Notes under the pieces: generated by a model
Databases searched by the model: none
Told to the model about the DNA's origin: nothing
Seen by the model: only the letters and a program-made list of their open reading frames with translations
Assembly (NCBI GenBank): GCA_963790545.1
Contig: CAWBPA010000012.1
Coordinates: 6,461-70,460, forward strand
Reading direction: 5' to 3'
Length of the DNA: 64,000 bases
Origin: Vicinamibacterales bacterium
Lineage (GTDB): Bacteria > Acidobacteriota > Vicinamibacteria > Vicinamibacterales > JAMQPK01
Position numbers and translations under genes: made by a program
Shown: one piece after another, positions 20,926-31,978 of the stretch
Position numbering within the stretch: the first letter of the stretch is position 1
Layout: every line of letters begins with the position of its first letter

Positions 20926-21918
20926 ATGATTCCCGCCAGCATGACAGCCATCGAAATCTCCAAACCTGGACCGCCGGAGGTACTGGTGCCGACCTCCAGG
21001 CCGACACCGACGCCGGCAGCCGGCGAAGTGTTGATCAAGGTCGCTGCGGCCGGCGTCAATCGTCCTGACGTCATGCAGCGGCAGGGGAAATACCCCCCGC
21101 CCCCCGGCGCATCCGACATTCCAGGGCTCGAGGTTGCAGGCACCATCGCGGCGGTCGGTTCGGGGGTTGCGGACTGGAAGGTTGGAGATGCCGTGTGTGC
21201 GCTCCTTGCCGGCGGCGGCTATGCCGAATACGCCGTGGCGCCGGTCCCCCAGTGCCTGCCGGTGCCTCACGCGCTCGATCTCATCGCGGCAGCTGCCATG
21301 CCCGAAACCTGCTTTACGGTGTGGACGAACGTCTTCGAGCGCGGAAGGCTTGCCGCAGGCGAAACGATCCTCGTGCATGGGGGCTCGAGCGGGATTGGGA
21401 CGATGGCGATTCAGATGGCGAGGGCATTTGACGCGAGAGTGCTGGTCACGGCCGGATCGGCCGAAAAATGCGCCGCATGCGAGCGGCTTGGTGCCGAACG
21501 CGCCATCAACTATCGAACCGAAGATTTCGTCCAGATTGTTCAGGAAAAGACCGGCGGCCGTGGCGTTGAGGTCATTCTCGACATGGTCGGTGGCGACTAT
21601 TTTCCACGCAATCTCGAGGCGCTGGCCGTCGATGGACGGCTGGTGCAAATTGCCATCCTTCGCGGCGCAAAGGCCGAGCTTCCTCTGTTGCGCGTCATGC
21701 AACGGCGCCTGACGATTACGGGCTCGACGCTTCGGCCCCGCTCGGTGGCCGAAAAAGGCGCCATTGCCGCGCGCCTGCGGCGCGAGGTCTGGCCGCTCGT
21801 CGAGCAGGGCCGGATTCGCCCGGTCATTCACGCAACCTATCCGCTTGCCCAGGCCGCCGAGGCACACCGGGTCATGGAGTCCAGCACGCACATTGGAAAG
21901 CTCGTGCTGACGGTCTAG
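20926..21918 (+). CDS. NAD(P)H-quinone oxidoreductase, PIG3 family
   Basis: GVNRPD..QRQG.YPPP, HGGSSGIG, GSTLR, HIGK. Confidence 0.93.
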   Translation: MIPASMTAIEISKPGPPEVLVPTSRPTPTPAAGEVLIKVAAAGVNRPDVMQRQGKYPPPPGASDIPGLEVAGTIAAVGSGVADWKVGDAVCALLAGGGYAEYAVAPVPQCLPVPHALDLIAAAAMPETCFTVWTNVFERGRLAAGETILVHGGSSGIGTMAIQMARAFDARVLVTAGSAEKCAACERLGAERAINYRTEDFVQIVQEKTGGRGVEVILDMVGGDYFPRNLEALAVDGRLVQIAILRGAKAELPLLRVMQRRLTITGSTLRPRSVAEKGAIAARLRREVWPLVEQGRIRPVIHATYPLAQAAEAHRVMESSTHIGKLVLTV

Positions 21919-21932
21919 ATCGTTCGAATCGT

Positions 21933-22316
21933 TCAATCGTCTCGTCTTATCTGCGGAGACGTGACGAGAAACGCAAACCACGCCGCGTTGTAGCCGATAA
22001 ACACCAGTGCTGTCGGCAGACGCATGCCGGGTGGTGTGTTCCCCGGAAACCAGCCGAACCGGATGACCGCTGAAACCGCGGACAGCGTCAGTGCCGCCTT
22101 GGCGAGCGTTACGGCATGCGGCCGCTGGTGCCACAGCGCGATGCCTGCCGCAATCCCGCTTGCGGCAACCAGCAGACGAAAGGCCAGGAATACCGTGCGT
22201 CCAATCGAATCGGTTGCCAGCTCGCCAAGGTCCCCCGAAGCGGCCAAAGCAAGATTGACCGGTTCCCAAACGCACAGGAGCACGCACAGCAACAGGAGAT
22301 GGCCGCGGGGGGGCAT
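21933..22316 (-). CDS. Hypothetical small membrane protein (about 4 TM)
   Basis: Four hydrophobic segments; convergent with the oxidoreductase. Confidence 0.6.
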   Translation of the reverse strand: MPPRGHLLLLCVLLCVWEPVNLALAASGDLGELATDSIGRTVFLAFRLLVAASGIAAGIALWHQRPHAVTLAKAALTLSAVSAVIRFGWFPGNTPPGMRLPTALVFIGYNAAWFAFLVTSPQIRRDD

Positions 22317-22320
22317 CGGG

Positions 22321-22506
22321 GAATTAATGAATTAATGAATCGTGATTAGTGATTCGTTTACGATTGGTGAAGCGTGATTTGTGATCTATTTCGCGATTAC
22401 CCGATTGGTAGATCTTCAATCTTGGCATTCACCCAATTAAATCACGCTTCGTGAATCGCCCAATCACCAACGATTCACTAATCGCGATTCACAAAATCGC
22501 GAATTC
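22321..22506. repeat. AT-rich imperfect palindrome of short GTGATT/AATCAC-type units
   Basis: gaatcgtgattagtgattcgtt pairs with aacgattcactaatcgcgattc; gaagcgtgattt pairs with aaatcacgcttc. Confidence 0.75.
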
Positions 22507-22520
22507 TTCAGGAGCTTTCC

Positions 22521-23702
22521 GTGGAACACGCCGTCATTTTGAGTGCCTGTCGTACACCCATTGGGTCGTTTGGGGGCGCGCTCAAGGATCTGTCGGCCGC
22601 CGATCTCGGTGCGGTTGTCGTGCGTGCGGCCCTCACACGGGCCGCAGTGGATCCCGCACAGGTGGGTGACGTCATCCTGGGCTGTGTGCTTCAAGGAGGA
22701 GCAGGTATGAATGTCGCCCGCCAGGCCGCGCTGAAGGCGGGCCTGCCTGTCGACACGCCAGCCGAAACAGTCAACCGGGTCTGCGGGTCCGGACTGGCGG
22801 CTGTCGTTCACGCCAGTGAAGCGGTTCGTGTGGGCTCTGCGGATCTGGTGATTGCCGGTGGGACTGAGTCCATGAGCAACGCGCCCTACCTGTTGAGAGA
22901 CGCTCGATGGGGACTTCGCATGGGCCATGGCGAGCTGGTGGATTCGATGATTGGAGATGGATTGACCTGCGCCATCAACAGCTGCCACATGGGGATCACG
23001 GCCGAAGAAATCGTCACCCGGTACGGCGTGTCGCGCGAGGATCAGGACGCGTTCGCGGTCGAGAGCCAGCAACGCGCCGTGCGCGCCATCAGGGATGGAC
23101 GCTTTGCCTCGGAGATTGTGCCGGTGGAAGTCCCGCAGAAAAAGGGAGACCCGCGGCGCGTTGATACGGACGAATACCCTCGTGCGGACACGTCCGTCGA
23201 TCGCCTCAAGGCGTTGCGCCCCGCCTTCAAGAAAGATGGCTCGGTCACGGCCGGGAACTCGTCCGGGATCAACGACGGCGCTGCCGCGCTCGTCGTGTCC
23301 ACCGAAACCAGGGCTCGCGAGCTTGGCATCAAGCCAGTGGCAAGAATCGCGGCCTACGCGACGGCGGGTGTCGATCCCCGCGTCATGGGCATGGGACCGG
23401 TGCCAGCTGTTCGGCGTGCACTCGATCGTGCCGGCCTCACGTTAAAGGACATCGATCACTTCGAGCTCAACGAGGCGTTTGCGGCCCAGGCGCTTGCCGT
23501 GGTCCGTGAACTGGGTCTCGACGAGAAGCGGGTGAATCCGTTCGGTGGCGCGATCGCGCTGGGTCACCCCATTGGCGCGAGCGGCGCACGAATCCTCACC
23601 ACGTTGATTCATGCGCTGACCGCGCGAGGTGGTGGCCGGGGCGTGGCTGCACTGTGTGTGGGTGGTGGCATGGGAGTCGCCATGGTGGTAGAGACAAGGT
23701 AA
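22521..23702 (+). CDS. atoB: Acetyl-CoA C-acetyltransferase (thiolase)
   Basis: [22 protein letters not shown] motifs. Confidence 0.92.
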   Translation: MEHAVILSACRTPIGSFGGALKDLSAADLGAVVVRAALTRAAVDPAQVGDVILGCVLQGGAGMNVARQAALKAGLPVDTPAETVNRVCGSGLAAVVHASEAVRVGSADLVIAGGTESMSNAPYLLRDARWGLRMGHGELVDSMIGDGLTCAINSCHMGITAEEIVTRYGVSREDQDAFAVESQQRAVRAIRDGRFASEIVPVEVPQKKGDPRRVDTDEYPRADTSVDRLKALRPAFKKDGSVTAGNSSGINDGAAALVVSTETRARELGIKPVARIAAYATAGVDPRVMGMGPVPAVRRALDRAGLTLKDIDHFELNEAFAAQALAVVRELGLDEKRVNPFGGAIALGHPIGASGARILTTLIHALTARGGGRGVAALCVGGGMGVAMVVETR

Positions 23703-23712
23703 GATCCGGAGA

Positions 23713-25578
23713 ATGGCCATGTCGTCAGGTCCTGCAACGATTGACCCCGAAACCCAGCAACCGCGCATCCGAGATCGAAGCGAGATCGAGGAGCACCACA
23801 AATGGGATCTGTCGTCGATGTATCCCGACTGGTCGGCGTGGGAGCACGACCTCAGCGATCTCAGTCGTCAGACCGAGCAGTACGCGTCGCTTCAAGGAAC
23901 TCTCGCAGGCGGTCCCGACAAGCTCCTGCACGCGCTCAAGCTGGCCGATGACGTGGGAGCCCGCTCGTACAAGGTCTGGTACTACGCATCCCTGACCTAC
24001 GATCAGGATCAGCGCGACAACACGGTGAACGCACGCCGTCAACAGGTGCAGATTCTGTTCGCGCGATGGCAGGAAGCCAGTTCGTGGTTCAGTCCCGAAC
24101 TGCTGGCAATCCCGCTCGAAACCGTCAGGGGGTGGATGAACGCGAACCCCGATCTGGCGCTCTATCGATTTGCTATCGAGGATCTGTATCGCCAGCAGGA
24201 GCACGTGCTGGATCAGCGTGGTGAGCGCCTGCTGGCGTTCTCTCAGCGCTTCAGCAGCGCACCTGCGGAGGCGTTTTCGGCCATTTCCACGGCCGACATG
24301 AAGTTTCCGACCATGACGCTGTCCACTGGCGAGCAGGTCGTGTTGAGCTACGGACAGTATCGGGCGATCCTGGCGTCAAATCGCAACCAGGACGATCGCG
24401 CGCAGGCGTTCCGCGTCTTTCACGAACTGTTTCGCGCCAACGTCAATACGTACGCAGCCCTTTACAGCGGGGTGCTTCAACGCGACTGGTTCCATGCGCA
24501 GGCGCGCGAGTACAAGTCCACGCTGGATGCGGCGCTGCACGCGAACAACATCCCTCCGTCGGTCGTGGAGAATCTGATCGAGACCACCAAAGCCGGTGCG
24601 GAACCCCTCCGCAGGTATCACCGGCTCCGGAAGCGGGTGCTGGGCCTGACCAAGTACAGCTTGTACGACGGGCTCATTCCGCTGGTCGAGTTCGATCGGA
24701 AGTACCCGTACGGCGACGTGCTGGAGTGGATCGTGGCATCGGTCGCATCGCTGGGTGCCGACTATCAGTCAATGGTGCGTCAGGCGGTCGAGAGCCGCTG
24801 GATTGACGTGTACGAAAACATGGGCAAACGGAGCGGGGCTTACTCCGCCCCGGTTTACGGTTCTCATCCGTACATGTTGTTGAACTACAACGACACGCTC
24901 GATGCCGTGTTCACGCTGGCTCACGAGCTCGGTCATTCGATACACACGATGCTGTCGTATGCGAATCAGCCGTTCGTGTACGCAAACTACACGATTTTTG
25001 TGGCTGAAGTTCCCTCGACCCTCAGCGAGGCGCTGTTCCTCGACTTCATGCTGGCGCGGACGACCGACGAACGGGAGCGGATCGTGTTGCTGCAGCATGC
25101 GATTGACGACATGGTCGGCACTTTCTACACCCAGGTGCTCTTTGCCGACTACGAGCTGCAGGCTCACCGGCTGGTAGAGCAGGGAAAGCCCGTCACCTCC
25201 GAAGCGCTCAGCGAGATCTACGCCGGTCTCGTCAAGGCGTATTACGGCGATGCGCTGGACTACGAGGAGTTGTCAGCCGTCACATGGGCGCGGATCCCGC
25301 ATTTCTTCCAGACGCCTTACTACGTGTATCAGTACGCCACGTGCTATGCCTCGACGGCCGAGCTCATGCAAGGGCTACGCTCCGGTGCAGACTCGGCGCG
25401 AGGCGAAGCGGTCGAGCGATACCTGGCGCTGCTGAAATCTGGTGGCAGCGACTACCCTATCGTGCAGCTGCAGCGCGCCGGTGTGGACCTCCGGCAGCCG
25501 GGCCCGGTGAAGGCGGTCGTCGAACTGCTGGATCGTCGCGTCACACAGCTCGAGGCTGAGATTGAACGGATGGGATGA
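23713..25578 (+). CDS. pepF: Oligoendopeptidase F (M3B)
   Basis: KWDLS, GKRSGAYS, HELGH, AEVPST, WARIPHF, YYVYQYA. Confidence 0.95.
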   Translation: MAMSSGPATIDPETQQPRIRDRSEIEEHHKWDLSSMYPDWSAWEHDLSDLSRQTEQYASLQGTLAGGPDKLLHALKLADDVGARSYKVWYYASLTYDQDQRDNTVNARRQQVQILFARWQEASSWFSPELLAIPLETVRGWMNANPDLALYRFAIEDLYRQQEHVLDQRGERLLAFSQRFSSAPAEAFSAISTADMKFPTMTLSTGEQVVLSYGQYRAILASNRNQDDRAQAFRVFHELFRANVNTYAALYSGVLQRDWFHAQAREYKSTLDAALHANNIPPSVVENLIETTKAGAEPLRRYHRLRKRVLGLTKYSLYDGLIPLVEFDRKYPYGDVLEWIVASVASLGADYQSMVRQAVESRWIDVYENMGKRSGAYSAPVYGSHPYMLLNYNDTLDAVFTLAHELGHSIHTMLSYANQPFVYANYTIFVAEVPSTLSEALFLDFMLARTTDERERIVLLQHAIDDMVGTFYTQVLFADYELQAHRLVEQGKPVTSEALSEIYAGLVKAYYGDALDYEELSAVTWARIPHFFQTPYYVYQYATCYASTAELMQGLRSGADSARGEAVERYLALLKSGGSDYPIVQLQRAGVDLRQPGPVKAVVELLDRRVTQLEAEIERMG

Positions 25579-25580
25579 AA

Positions 25581-25836
25581 CGGGTGCCGGGTGCTTGGTG
25601 CCTCGTGCCTGGTGCTGTGCTGGGTGCTGGGGTGCCGGGTGCTGGGTGCCGGTGCTGGGTGCTCGGTGCCTGGTGTGCTGGGTGTTTGAGTGCCCTGTGC
25701 CGCCTGGGCTCAGTGCCCAGTGCTGAGTGTTCGATGCCGTGTTAGCACCCGGCAAGCACCCTGCACCCGGCACAGCACCCCGCACCCAGCACCCAGCACA
25801 GCACCAGGCACCAGGCACGTAGCACCAGGCACCCGG
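25581..25836. repeat. About 255-bp palindrome of degenerate tandem heptamers (GGGTGCT / AGCACCC)
   Basis: Left arm of gggtgcc/ggtgct units, right arm of agcaccc/ggcacc units; lies between pepF and ispG. Confidence 0.9.
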
Positions 25837-25849
25837 GAAGTCACGAATC

Positions 25850-27082
25850 ATGCCGACCGTCAAACTTCACAAGACCGTCGCCGTCAAGGTGGGCCACGTC
25901 CAAATTGGTGGTGGCGCACCGGTTGTCGTCCAGTCGATGACGAGCACCGACACGGCGGACATTACTGCCACAACTCGCCAGTGCCTCGAGCTTGCTGAAG
26001 CCGGTTCTGAGCTGGTTCGCGTGACCGTCAATCTTCCGGAGGCGGCCCAAGCGGTGCCGGAGATCAAACGGCGCCTGCGTGACAACGGCTGCCTCGCGCC
26101 GCTCATTGGAGACTTCCACTACAACGGCCATTTGCTGCTGACGAAATATCCGGCTTGCGCTGAAGCGCTGGACAAGTACCGCATCAACCCCGGCAACGTC
26201 GGGACCGGCCGGCGTCGCGACGAACAGTTCGCCACGATCTGTCGCGTGGCAGGCGACCACGGAAAACCCGTGCGGATTGGTGTCAACGGCGGGTCGCTGA
26301 ATCAGGAACTCGTGATGGCGCGGATGCAGGAGAACACGGACCGGGATCTGGGCAAATCGTCGGAGGAGATCATCAACGAGTGCATGGTCATTTCTGCCCT
26401 CGATTCGACCGCGCTCGCCCTGGAGTCGGGGTTGCGCGCCGATCAGATCGTCATTTCGTGCAAGGTGTCTCGACCGCGAGACCTGATAGCCGTGTATCGA
26501 GATCTGGCGCGCAAGACCGACCAGCCGCTGCACCTCGGACTCACCGAAGCCGGAATGGGCATCAAAGGGCTGGTGTGGTCATCGGCGGCGATGAGCGTGC
26601 TCCTCAACGAGGGGATTGGCGACACGATACGCGTCTCGTTGACGCCAAGGCCTGGCGGCGATCGTCGTGACGAGGTGTATGCGGCGTGCGAGCTGCTGCA
26701 ATCGCTCGGCCTCCGCTCTTTCTCTCCAAGCGTGACCGCCTGTCCAGGTTGCGGCCGGACAACGAGTACGACGTTTCAGGAACTGGCAGAACGGATTCAG
26801 GACTACATCCGCGAGCGGATGCCCGAGTGGAAGCAAGATCACGAAGGCGTCGAATCGATGACCCTGGCGGTGATGGGGTGTGTCGTGAACGGCCCCGGCG
26901 AGTCCAAGGCCGCCAATATCGGCATCAGCCTGCCCGGGACGGGTGAAGCACCGAACTGTCCTATCTATATCGATGGGGAGCACGTCACGACGTTGCGCGG
27001 TACGTATGACGAGCTGTCAGAGGCGTTCAGGAAGTTGATCGACGACTACGTGGAAAGGACGTATCCGAAGTCTGAGGTCTAA
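25850..27082 (+). CDS. ispG: 4-hydroxy-3-methylbut-2-en-1-yl diphosphate synthase
   Basis: [44 protein letters not shown]. Confidence 0.97.
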   Translation: MPTVKLHKTVAVKVGHVQIGGGAPVVVQSMTSTDTADITATTRQCLELAEAGSELVRVTVNLPEAAQAVPEIKRRLRDNGCLAPLIGDFHYNGHLLLTKYPACAEALDKYRINPGNVGTGRRRDEQFATICRVAGDHGKPVRIGVNGGSLNQELVMARMQENTDRDLGKSSEEIINECMVISALDSTALALESGLRADQIVISCKVSRPRDLIAVYRDLARKTDQPLHLGLTEAGMGIKGLVWSSAAMSVLLNEGIGDTIRVSLTPRPGGDRRDEVYAACELLQSLGLRSFSPSVTACPGCGRTTSTTFQELAERIQDYIRERMPEWKQDHEGVESMTLAVMGCVVNGPGESKAANIGISLPGTGEAPNCPIYIDGEHVTTLRGTYDELSEAFRKLIDDYVERTYPKSEV

Positions 27083-27140
27083 GGCTCAAGTCTCAAATTC
27101 TGAAACTTACTTGAGACTTCAGCCTTGAGACCTTGAGCCT
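27068..27140. repeat. Heptamer palindrome (AAGTCTG/AGGCTCA-type) overlapping the ispG stop
   Basis: aagtctgaggtctaaggctcaagtctcaa ... ttgagacttcagccttgagaccttgagcct. Confidence 0.8.
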
Positions 27141-27533
27141 TTAATGAACTGTCCCGTAAGGTCCGCTCATCTTGAACGGGGCAATTTCCACGTCGAATTC
27201 CCCTTGCGAATCGCTGATCATTTGATAGGTGCCGTGCATCGAGCCGGTCGGTGTGCTGAAGCCACACCCTGACGTGTACTCGAAGTTCTGGCCGGGGGGG
27301 ATGACTGGCTGCTGCCCCACGACGCCAGGACCCTTGACTTCCTGTACTTCACCGACGGCGTTGGTGATGATCCAATGTCGGCTGACCAGCTGGACAGGTT
27401 CTGCGCCTTCGTTCGAGATGTCGACCGTATACTGAAAGAACCACTGGCCGGCAGGGATGTTCGAACGCTCTGGATCGTACTTGGCACGCACGCGGACCCG
27501 AACATTGCGTGTCACGGCTTCCGAACTCAACAT
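27141..27533 (-). CDS. apaG: ApaG protein
   Basis: [29 protein letters not shown]. Confidence 0.95.
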   Translation of the reverse strand: MLSSEAVTRNVRVRVRAKYDPERSNIPAGQWFFQYTVDISNEGAEPVQLVSRHWIITNAVGEVQEVKGPGVVGQQPVIPPGQNFEYTSGCGFSTPTGSMHGTYQMISDSQGEFDVEIAPFKMSGPYGTVH

Positions 27534-27566
27534 GTCGACATCATAGCAGGATCAAGCGGTCACGAG

Positions 27567-27983
27567 ATGGAAGACAACACCAAGACAAACACGGAAGCAG
27601 GTGCCGACAAGCCGCGCGATCGTCTGCAGCGTGTGGCCGCGGAGATTGGCGTCCCGGTAGCCAGGCGTCACATCTTTCTTTGTTGCGATCAGACTGAGCC
27701 CAAATGTTGCGATCGCGACCGGTCGCTCGAAGCCTGGAAATACCTGAAAGGACGACTCAAGGAGCTCGGCCTGTCCGAGAAGGGCGGGATTCTTCGTACC
27801 AAGGCCAATTGCCTCCGGATCTGTGAAGGGGGCCCGATTGCCGTCGTCTACCCCGAGGGGGTCTGGTATCGCGCGTGCGATCCGCCGGTGCTCGAGCGAA
27901 TTGTTTCAGAACACTTGATTGGGGGACGCCCGGTCCTCGAGTACATCATTGCCGAGCACGAGCTCGGTGCCCCGAAGCCGTAA
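27567..27983 (+). CDS. Thioredoxin-like [2Fe-2S] ferredoxin
   Basis: [35 protein letters not shown]. Confidence 0.88.
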   Translation: MEDNTKTNTEAGADKPRDRLQRVAAEIGVPVARRHIFLCCDQTEPKCCDRDRSLEAWKYLKGRLKELGLSEKGGILRTKANCLRICEGGPIAVVYPEGVWYRACDPPVLERIVSEHLIGGRPVLEYIIAEHELGAPKP

Positions 27984-28015
27984 CACCTGTGAGTGCGGGC
28001 GTATAATGCCGCGCC

Positions 28016-30178
28016 ATGACAGGCGGATCTACGCGGAGCGCGCGGACTCCAGGAACCAGACGCGGGGGTGTGGTCGGCCGGAGTGTGCTCCGCAAAGAGG
28101 GTGCTGACAAAGTCTCTGGCACCGCGCGCTACATCGACGATCTGTCTTTTCCTCACCTGCTGTACGGCCGCACTGTGAGGTCCACCATCCCGGCCGGGGA
28201 AATCGTCGACGTTCGGCTGCCCGCCGATCTGGCCGGATTCACCGTCGTTGATTTTCGACACATTCCCGGCCGCAACATCGTTGCCTTGATTGAAGAGGAT
28301 CAACCGTGCCTGGCCGAACGCACCATCCGGCACGTAGCGGAGCCCATCCTGTTGCTCGCTCACGAAGACAGAGATCGGTTGCTGGCCGCGGAGATAGAGA
28401 TCGCATACCGCGAAGCCACTCCAAACTTTGATCCGCAGACGTCCACGACGGCGTTCAAAACGATCAGCATTGAAAAGGGGCAGCTTGATACAGGATTTGC
28501 CGCCGCCGACGTGATTGTCGAAGGCGAATATCGCACCGGCCATCAGGAGCAGCTCTACATCGAGCCCAACGGCGTGATAGCGGTTCCCGAGAACGGTGGG
28601 GTGACGGTGTACGGATCGCTCCAGTGTCCTTATTACGTGCATCGGGCGCTGAAGGTCGTGCTCGGTTTGCCGGACGAGAAGGTACGTGTCGTTCAAACCG
28701 AGACGGGCGGGGGCTTTGGCGGCAAGGAAGAGTATCCCTCCACGATTGCCGGGCACGCGGCCCTGCTGGCGATGAAGGCGGGGCGGCCGGTCAAGCTCGT
28801 GTACGACCGGGTCGAAGACATGCTCGCGACAACCAAACGCCATCCCGCGATCGTTCGGCATCGTACCGGGCTGACGCGCGACGGTCGTCTGACCGCGATG
28901 GATGTCGACGTGCTGCTTGACGGGGGCGCGTACGCCACGCTGAGCGCCGTGGTGCTCTCACGCGGTGTCATTCACGCGAGCGGCCCGTACCGGTGCGATC
29001 ACGTGCGTGTGCGCGGCCGTGTGGTGATGACCAATACGCCCCCTAACGGAGCGTTTCGGGGGTTCGGTGCTCCACAGACCCAGTTTGCCGTAGAAGTTCA
29101 CATGGACCGGATTGCCGAACAGATTGGCCTTGATCCTGTTCGGCTCCGCGAGTTGAACCTGCTCCGACCGGGCGACCGAACAGCCACGGGCCAGCGGCTC
29201 GGCCGCGATTGCAGCGCAAGACGGGTGTTGCGCGAAGCGGTCAAGCGGACCGACTTCAGACGGCGCCGGCAGACGCTTGCTGGGACCAATCGTGGTATTG
29301 GTCTGTCGCTGTTCTTCCATGGTTCAGGCTTTACTGGTGGCGGTGAGGTCAAGCTGGCATCGAAGGCGTCTCTCGCGCTCACGGACCGTGGCGTGCGCAT
29401 CCTGGTGGCAAGCACCGAAATTGGTCAGGGGACGCGCACGATGCACGCGCAAATCGTTGCCGAGACTCTAGGAATTCCGTATGAGCGCGTCGAGGTGAAC
29501 GCAGCCGACACGGCCGAGGTGCCCGACAGCGGGCCCACCGTGGCCTCAAGAACATGTATGGTCGTTGGGCGCATCTTGCAACGATGTGCGTTGGAAATGC
29601 GCGAACGACTTGGGAGGCTCACACCGCGCGAGTACTTGCGAAAGCATGGTCCGCTGGTCATCACGAAACAATACGAACGACCTCCCGACATGGAGTGGGA
29701 CGACGCCAGCTATCGGGGGGACGCGTACGGCAGTTACAGCTGGGCGTGCGATGTCGCCGAGGTCGAGGTCGATCGAGACACCTGGGAAGTCAGGCCGGTC
29801 TCTCTGACCACCGTCCATGAAATTGGTAAGGCCATTCATCCAGGGCTTGTTCGCGGGCAAATCGAAGGTGGCACTGTCCAGGGGCTGGGCTACGCGCTGC
29901 TCGAGCACGTGGTGATGCGGGACGGGAGGATGGCAAACGCCCAGTTGACGAACTACATCATTCCAACGACGCTCGACACGCCACCGATGGACGTGATCAT
30001 TCTGGAAAACCCGTACAAACACGGACCGTTCGGGGCCAAGGGCGTTGGTGAGATGCCCATCGATGGGCCGGCGCCGGCCGTTGTCAATGCCCTGCGCCAT
30101 GCCGGCTTCGACGTGCGCGAGATTCCAGCCTTACCCGAAAAGATCATGTCAGCCCAACAACCGCAGCGGGTCTCGTGA
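28016..30178 (+). CDS. Xanthine dehydrogenase family molybdopterin-binding subunit
   Basis: GGGFGGK, AFRGFG, EIGQG, GQIEGG, AKGVGE. Confidence 0.93.
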   Translation: MTGGSTRSARTPGTRRGGVVGRSVLRKEGADKVSGTARYIDDLSFPHLLYGRTVRSTIPAGEIVDVRLPADLAGFTVVDFRHIPGRNIVALIEEDQPCLAERTIRHVAEPILLLAHEDRDRLLAAEIEIAYREATPNFDPQTSTTAFKTISIEKGQLDTGFAAADVIVEGEYRTGHQEQLYIEPNGVIAVPENGGVTVYGSLQCPYYVHRALKVVLGLPDEKVRVVQTETGGGFGGKEEYPSTIAGHAALLAMKAGRPVKLVYDRVEDMLATTKRHPAIVRHRTGLTRDGRLTAMDVDVLLDGGAYATLSAVVLSRGVIHASGPYRCDHVRVRGRVVMTNTPPNGAFRGFGAPQTQFAVEVHMDRIAEQIGLDPVRLRELNLLRPGDRTATGQRLGRDCSARRVLREAVKRTDFRRRRQTLAGTNRGIGLSLFFHGSGFTGGGEVKLASKASLALTDRGVRILVASTEIGQGTRTMHAQIVAETLGIPYERVEVNAADTAEVPDSGPTVASRTCMVVGRILQRCALEMRERLGRLTPREYLRKHGPLVITKQYERPPDMEWDDASYRGDAYGSYSWACDVAEVEVDRDTWEVRPVSLTTVHEIGKAIHPGLVRGQIEGGTVQGLGYALLEHVVMRDGRMANAQLTNYIIPTTLDTPPMDVIILENPYKHGPFGAKGVGEMPIDGPAPAVVNALRHAGFDVREIPALPEKIMSAQQPQRVS

Positions 30179-30645
30179 CCGTGAACCTGACGGTGAACGG
30201 CAAGCGGATGCGAATCGATGCGCACCCGATGAAGCGTCTGCTCGATGTCCTCCGCGAGGACTGCCGGCTCACTGGAACCAAGGAAGGATGTGGTGAGGGT
30301 GAGTGCGGCGCGTGCACGGTCCTCGTCGATCGCGTGCCTGTCAATTCGTGTCTGATTCCGGTCGCGCACGTCCAAGGCACCAAGGTCACGACAATCGAAG
30401 GTCTGGGTGGAAGCCATCCGCTCCAGCAGGCGCTTGTCGAACATGGAGGGGCACAGTGCGGCATCTGTACGCCGGGGATCGTCATGGCTGCGGTGGCGCT
30501 CGGACCCAGGCCCTCACTCGATGAAATTCGAGTGGGCCTGGCCGGCAATCTCTGCCGCTGTACCGGATATGCGGCCATTTATCGCTCGATTGTCGCAGGC
30601 AGCAAAGGAAGACCAGCTCGATCGCGCAAGCGAGCCCGTCGCTGA
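30175..30645 (+). CDS. Xanthine dehydrogenase family 2x[2Fe-2S] subunit
   Basis: GCGEGECGAC, QCGICTPG, GNLCRCTGY. Confidence 0.95.
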   Translation: MTVNLTVNGKRMRIDAHPMKRLLDVLREDCRLTGTKEGCGEGECGACTVLVDRVPVNSCLIPVAHVQGTKVTTIEGLGGSHPLQQALVEHGGAQCGICTPGIVMAAVALGPRPSLDEIRVGLAGNLCRCTGYAAIYRSIVAGSKGRPARSRKRARR

Positions 30646-30651
30646 AAAACC

Positions 30652-31479
30652 GTGCAGTCTTCCCTTTCGCGACGTCGTCTCTTCGAACCACGAAACCTGA
30701 AGGACGCGCTTCGAATGCTGCGCGACGATGGCCCGCTCGTGCCGATGGCGGGCTGCACAGATCTATACGTCTCGCTGAATTTCGGGACGCTCAAGGATCA
30801 GCGCTTTCTCAACCTGTGGCATCTGGACGACCTTCGGCGCATCGAGATTCGCCGAAAGGCGCTCTGGGTCGGGGCTCTGGCTACGTACACCCAGATTTTG
30901 CGGTCGCCGCTCATCCGTACGCATCTTCCGATGCTTGCCAGTGCGGCACGGGAGGTCGGCGGCGTCCAGATCCAGAATCGCGGCACAGTCGGAGGGAACG
31001 TGGCGAACGGCTCGCCGGCTGGCGATACCCTGCCGGTCCTGGCTGTTGCCGATGCGATGGTTGTCTTGCGAAGCGCGAGCGGGACACGACGGGTGCCTTT
31101 TTCAGCGTTCTATATCGGCTATCGTCGCTCGGTGCTGCGCTCTGATGAGCTCATCGAGGGATTCGAGATACCACCGATTGCAGGCCGCCAGTGGTTCCGC
31201 AAGGTCGGCACCCGGGCCGCCCAGGCTATAGCCAAGGTCGTCATGGCTGGTGTGGCGGGCCGGACCCCACGCGTCGCGCTCGGCAGCGTGGCGCCCACCG
31301 TCGTTCGAGCACTGAAAACGGAAGAGGTGCTGGCCGCTGGCGGATCGCTCGATGAGGCACAGCGAGTTCTCAGTCTGGAGATAGCACCTATTGATGATCT
31401 GAGATCGACAGCCGAGTACCGCAGGCGAGTTGCTGCGAACCTTCTCGCACGTTTCTGGATTGATAGCCGTCGCCCATGA
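30652..31479 (+). CDS. Xanthine dehydrogenase family FAD-binding subunit
   Basis: AGCTD, QIQNRGTVGGN..NGSPAGD, PIDDLRSTAEYR. Confidence 0.93.
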   Translation: MQSSLSRRRLFEPRNLKDALRMLRDDGPLVPMAGCTDLYVSLNFGTLKDQRFLNLWHLDDLRRIEIRRKALWVGALATYTQILRSPLIRTHLPMLASAAREVGGVQIQNRGTVGGNVANGSPAGDTLPVLAVADAMVVLRSASGTRRVPFSAFYIGYRRSVLRSDELIEGFEIPPIAGRQWFRKVGTRAAQAIAKVVMAGVAGRTPRVALGSVAPTVVRALKTEEVLAAGGSLDEAQRVLSLEIAPIDDLRSTAEYRRRVAANLLARFWIDSRRP

Positions 31480-31659
31480 GCGATGGAAGGAATCATTGAT
31501 AACGCCGGCCACGCCTGACGACCGCTAGCCAAGAGCGCGTTACCCGAAATTCTTACTTAGTACACGAAAGTGTCGGCGCGCGGTTCTTGCGCATCTCGCA
31601 CACTTTGCAATTTTCCGCGATAGAAAACATGAGAGCGTGTCTGAAGTCCGCAGAAATTC

Positions 31660-31675
31660 TGGCAGCAGCCTTGCA
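31660..31675 (+). promoter_or_regulatory. Sigma54 (-24/-12) promoter candidate
   Basis: TGGCAGCAGCCTTGCA, GG-N10-GC. Confidence 0.65.
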
Positions 31676-31978
31676 ACTGTCACGCCGCCGTCTTCACCGT
31701 GTACGACCTAATTACGACGAGTCTCCCCGACTCGAGATCAGGCTCTCGACTGAACAGCTTGAGGATGCCCATTTCAATCCTCACGGCTGCGTCGACAAGG
31801 TACTGGCTTGGCCGTTATCTCGGCCTGTTTGGCGGCTTCACATATATCGCCGTTGCGCCTCTTCCTAGCCGTCCACCAACCGCGAGCAATTCTCTCCTCC
31901 AGCACGTCCTCTCCAGCCTGACCCGTCGCCGTGCTGATGGATGACGCATTCTCGATGCAGTCAATTCATACAGATTAG

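Noticed and set aside
25581-25836. CRISPR array or coding sequence (ORFs 25375-25863, 25690-25998)
   Set aside because: Degenerate heptamers with no unique spacers and no cas genes; the ORFs are low-complexity translations of the repeat
28016-31479. Specific substrate call (xanthine, nicotinate or CO dehydrogenase)
   Set aside because: No CoxL AYxCSFR motif (AFRGFG instead) and no pathway genes nearby; only the family can be assigned
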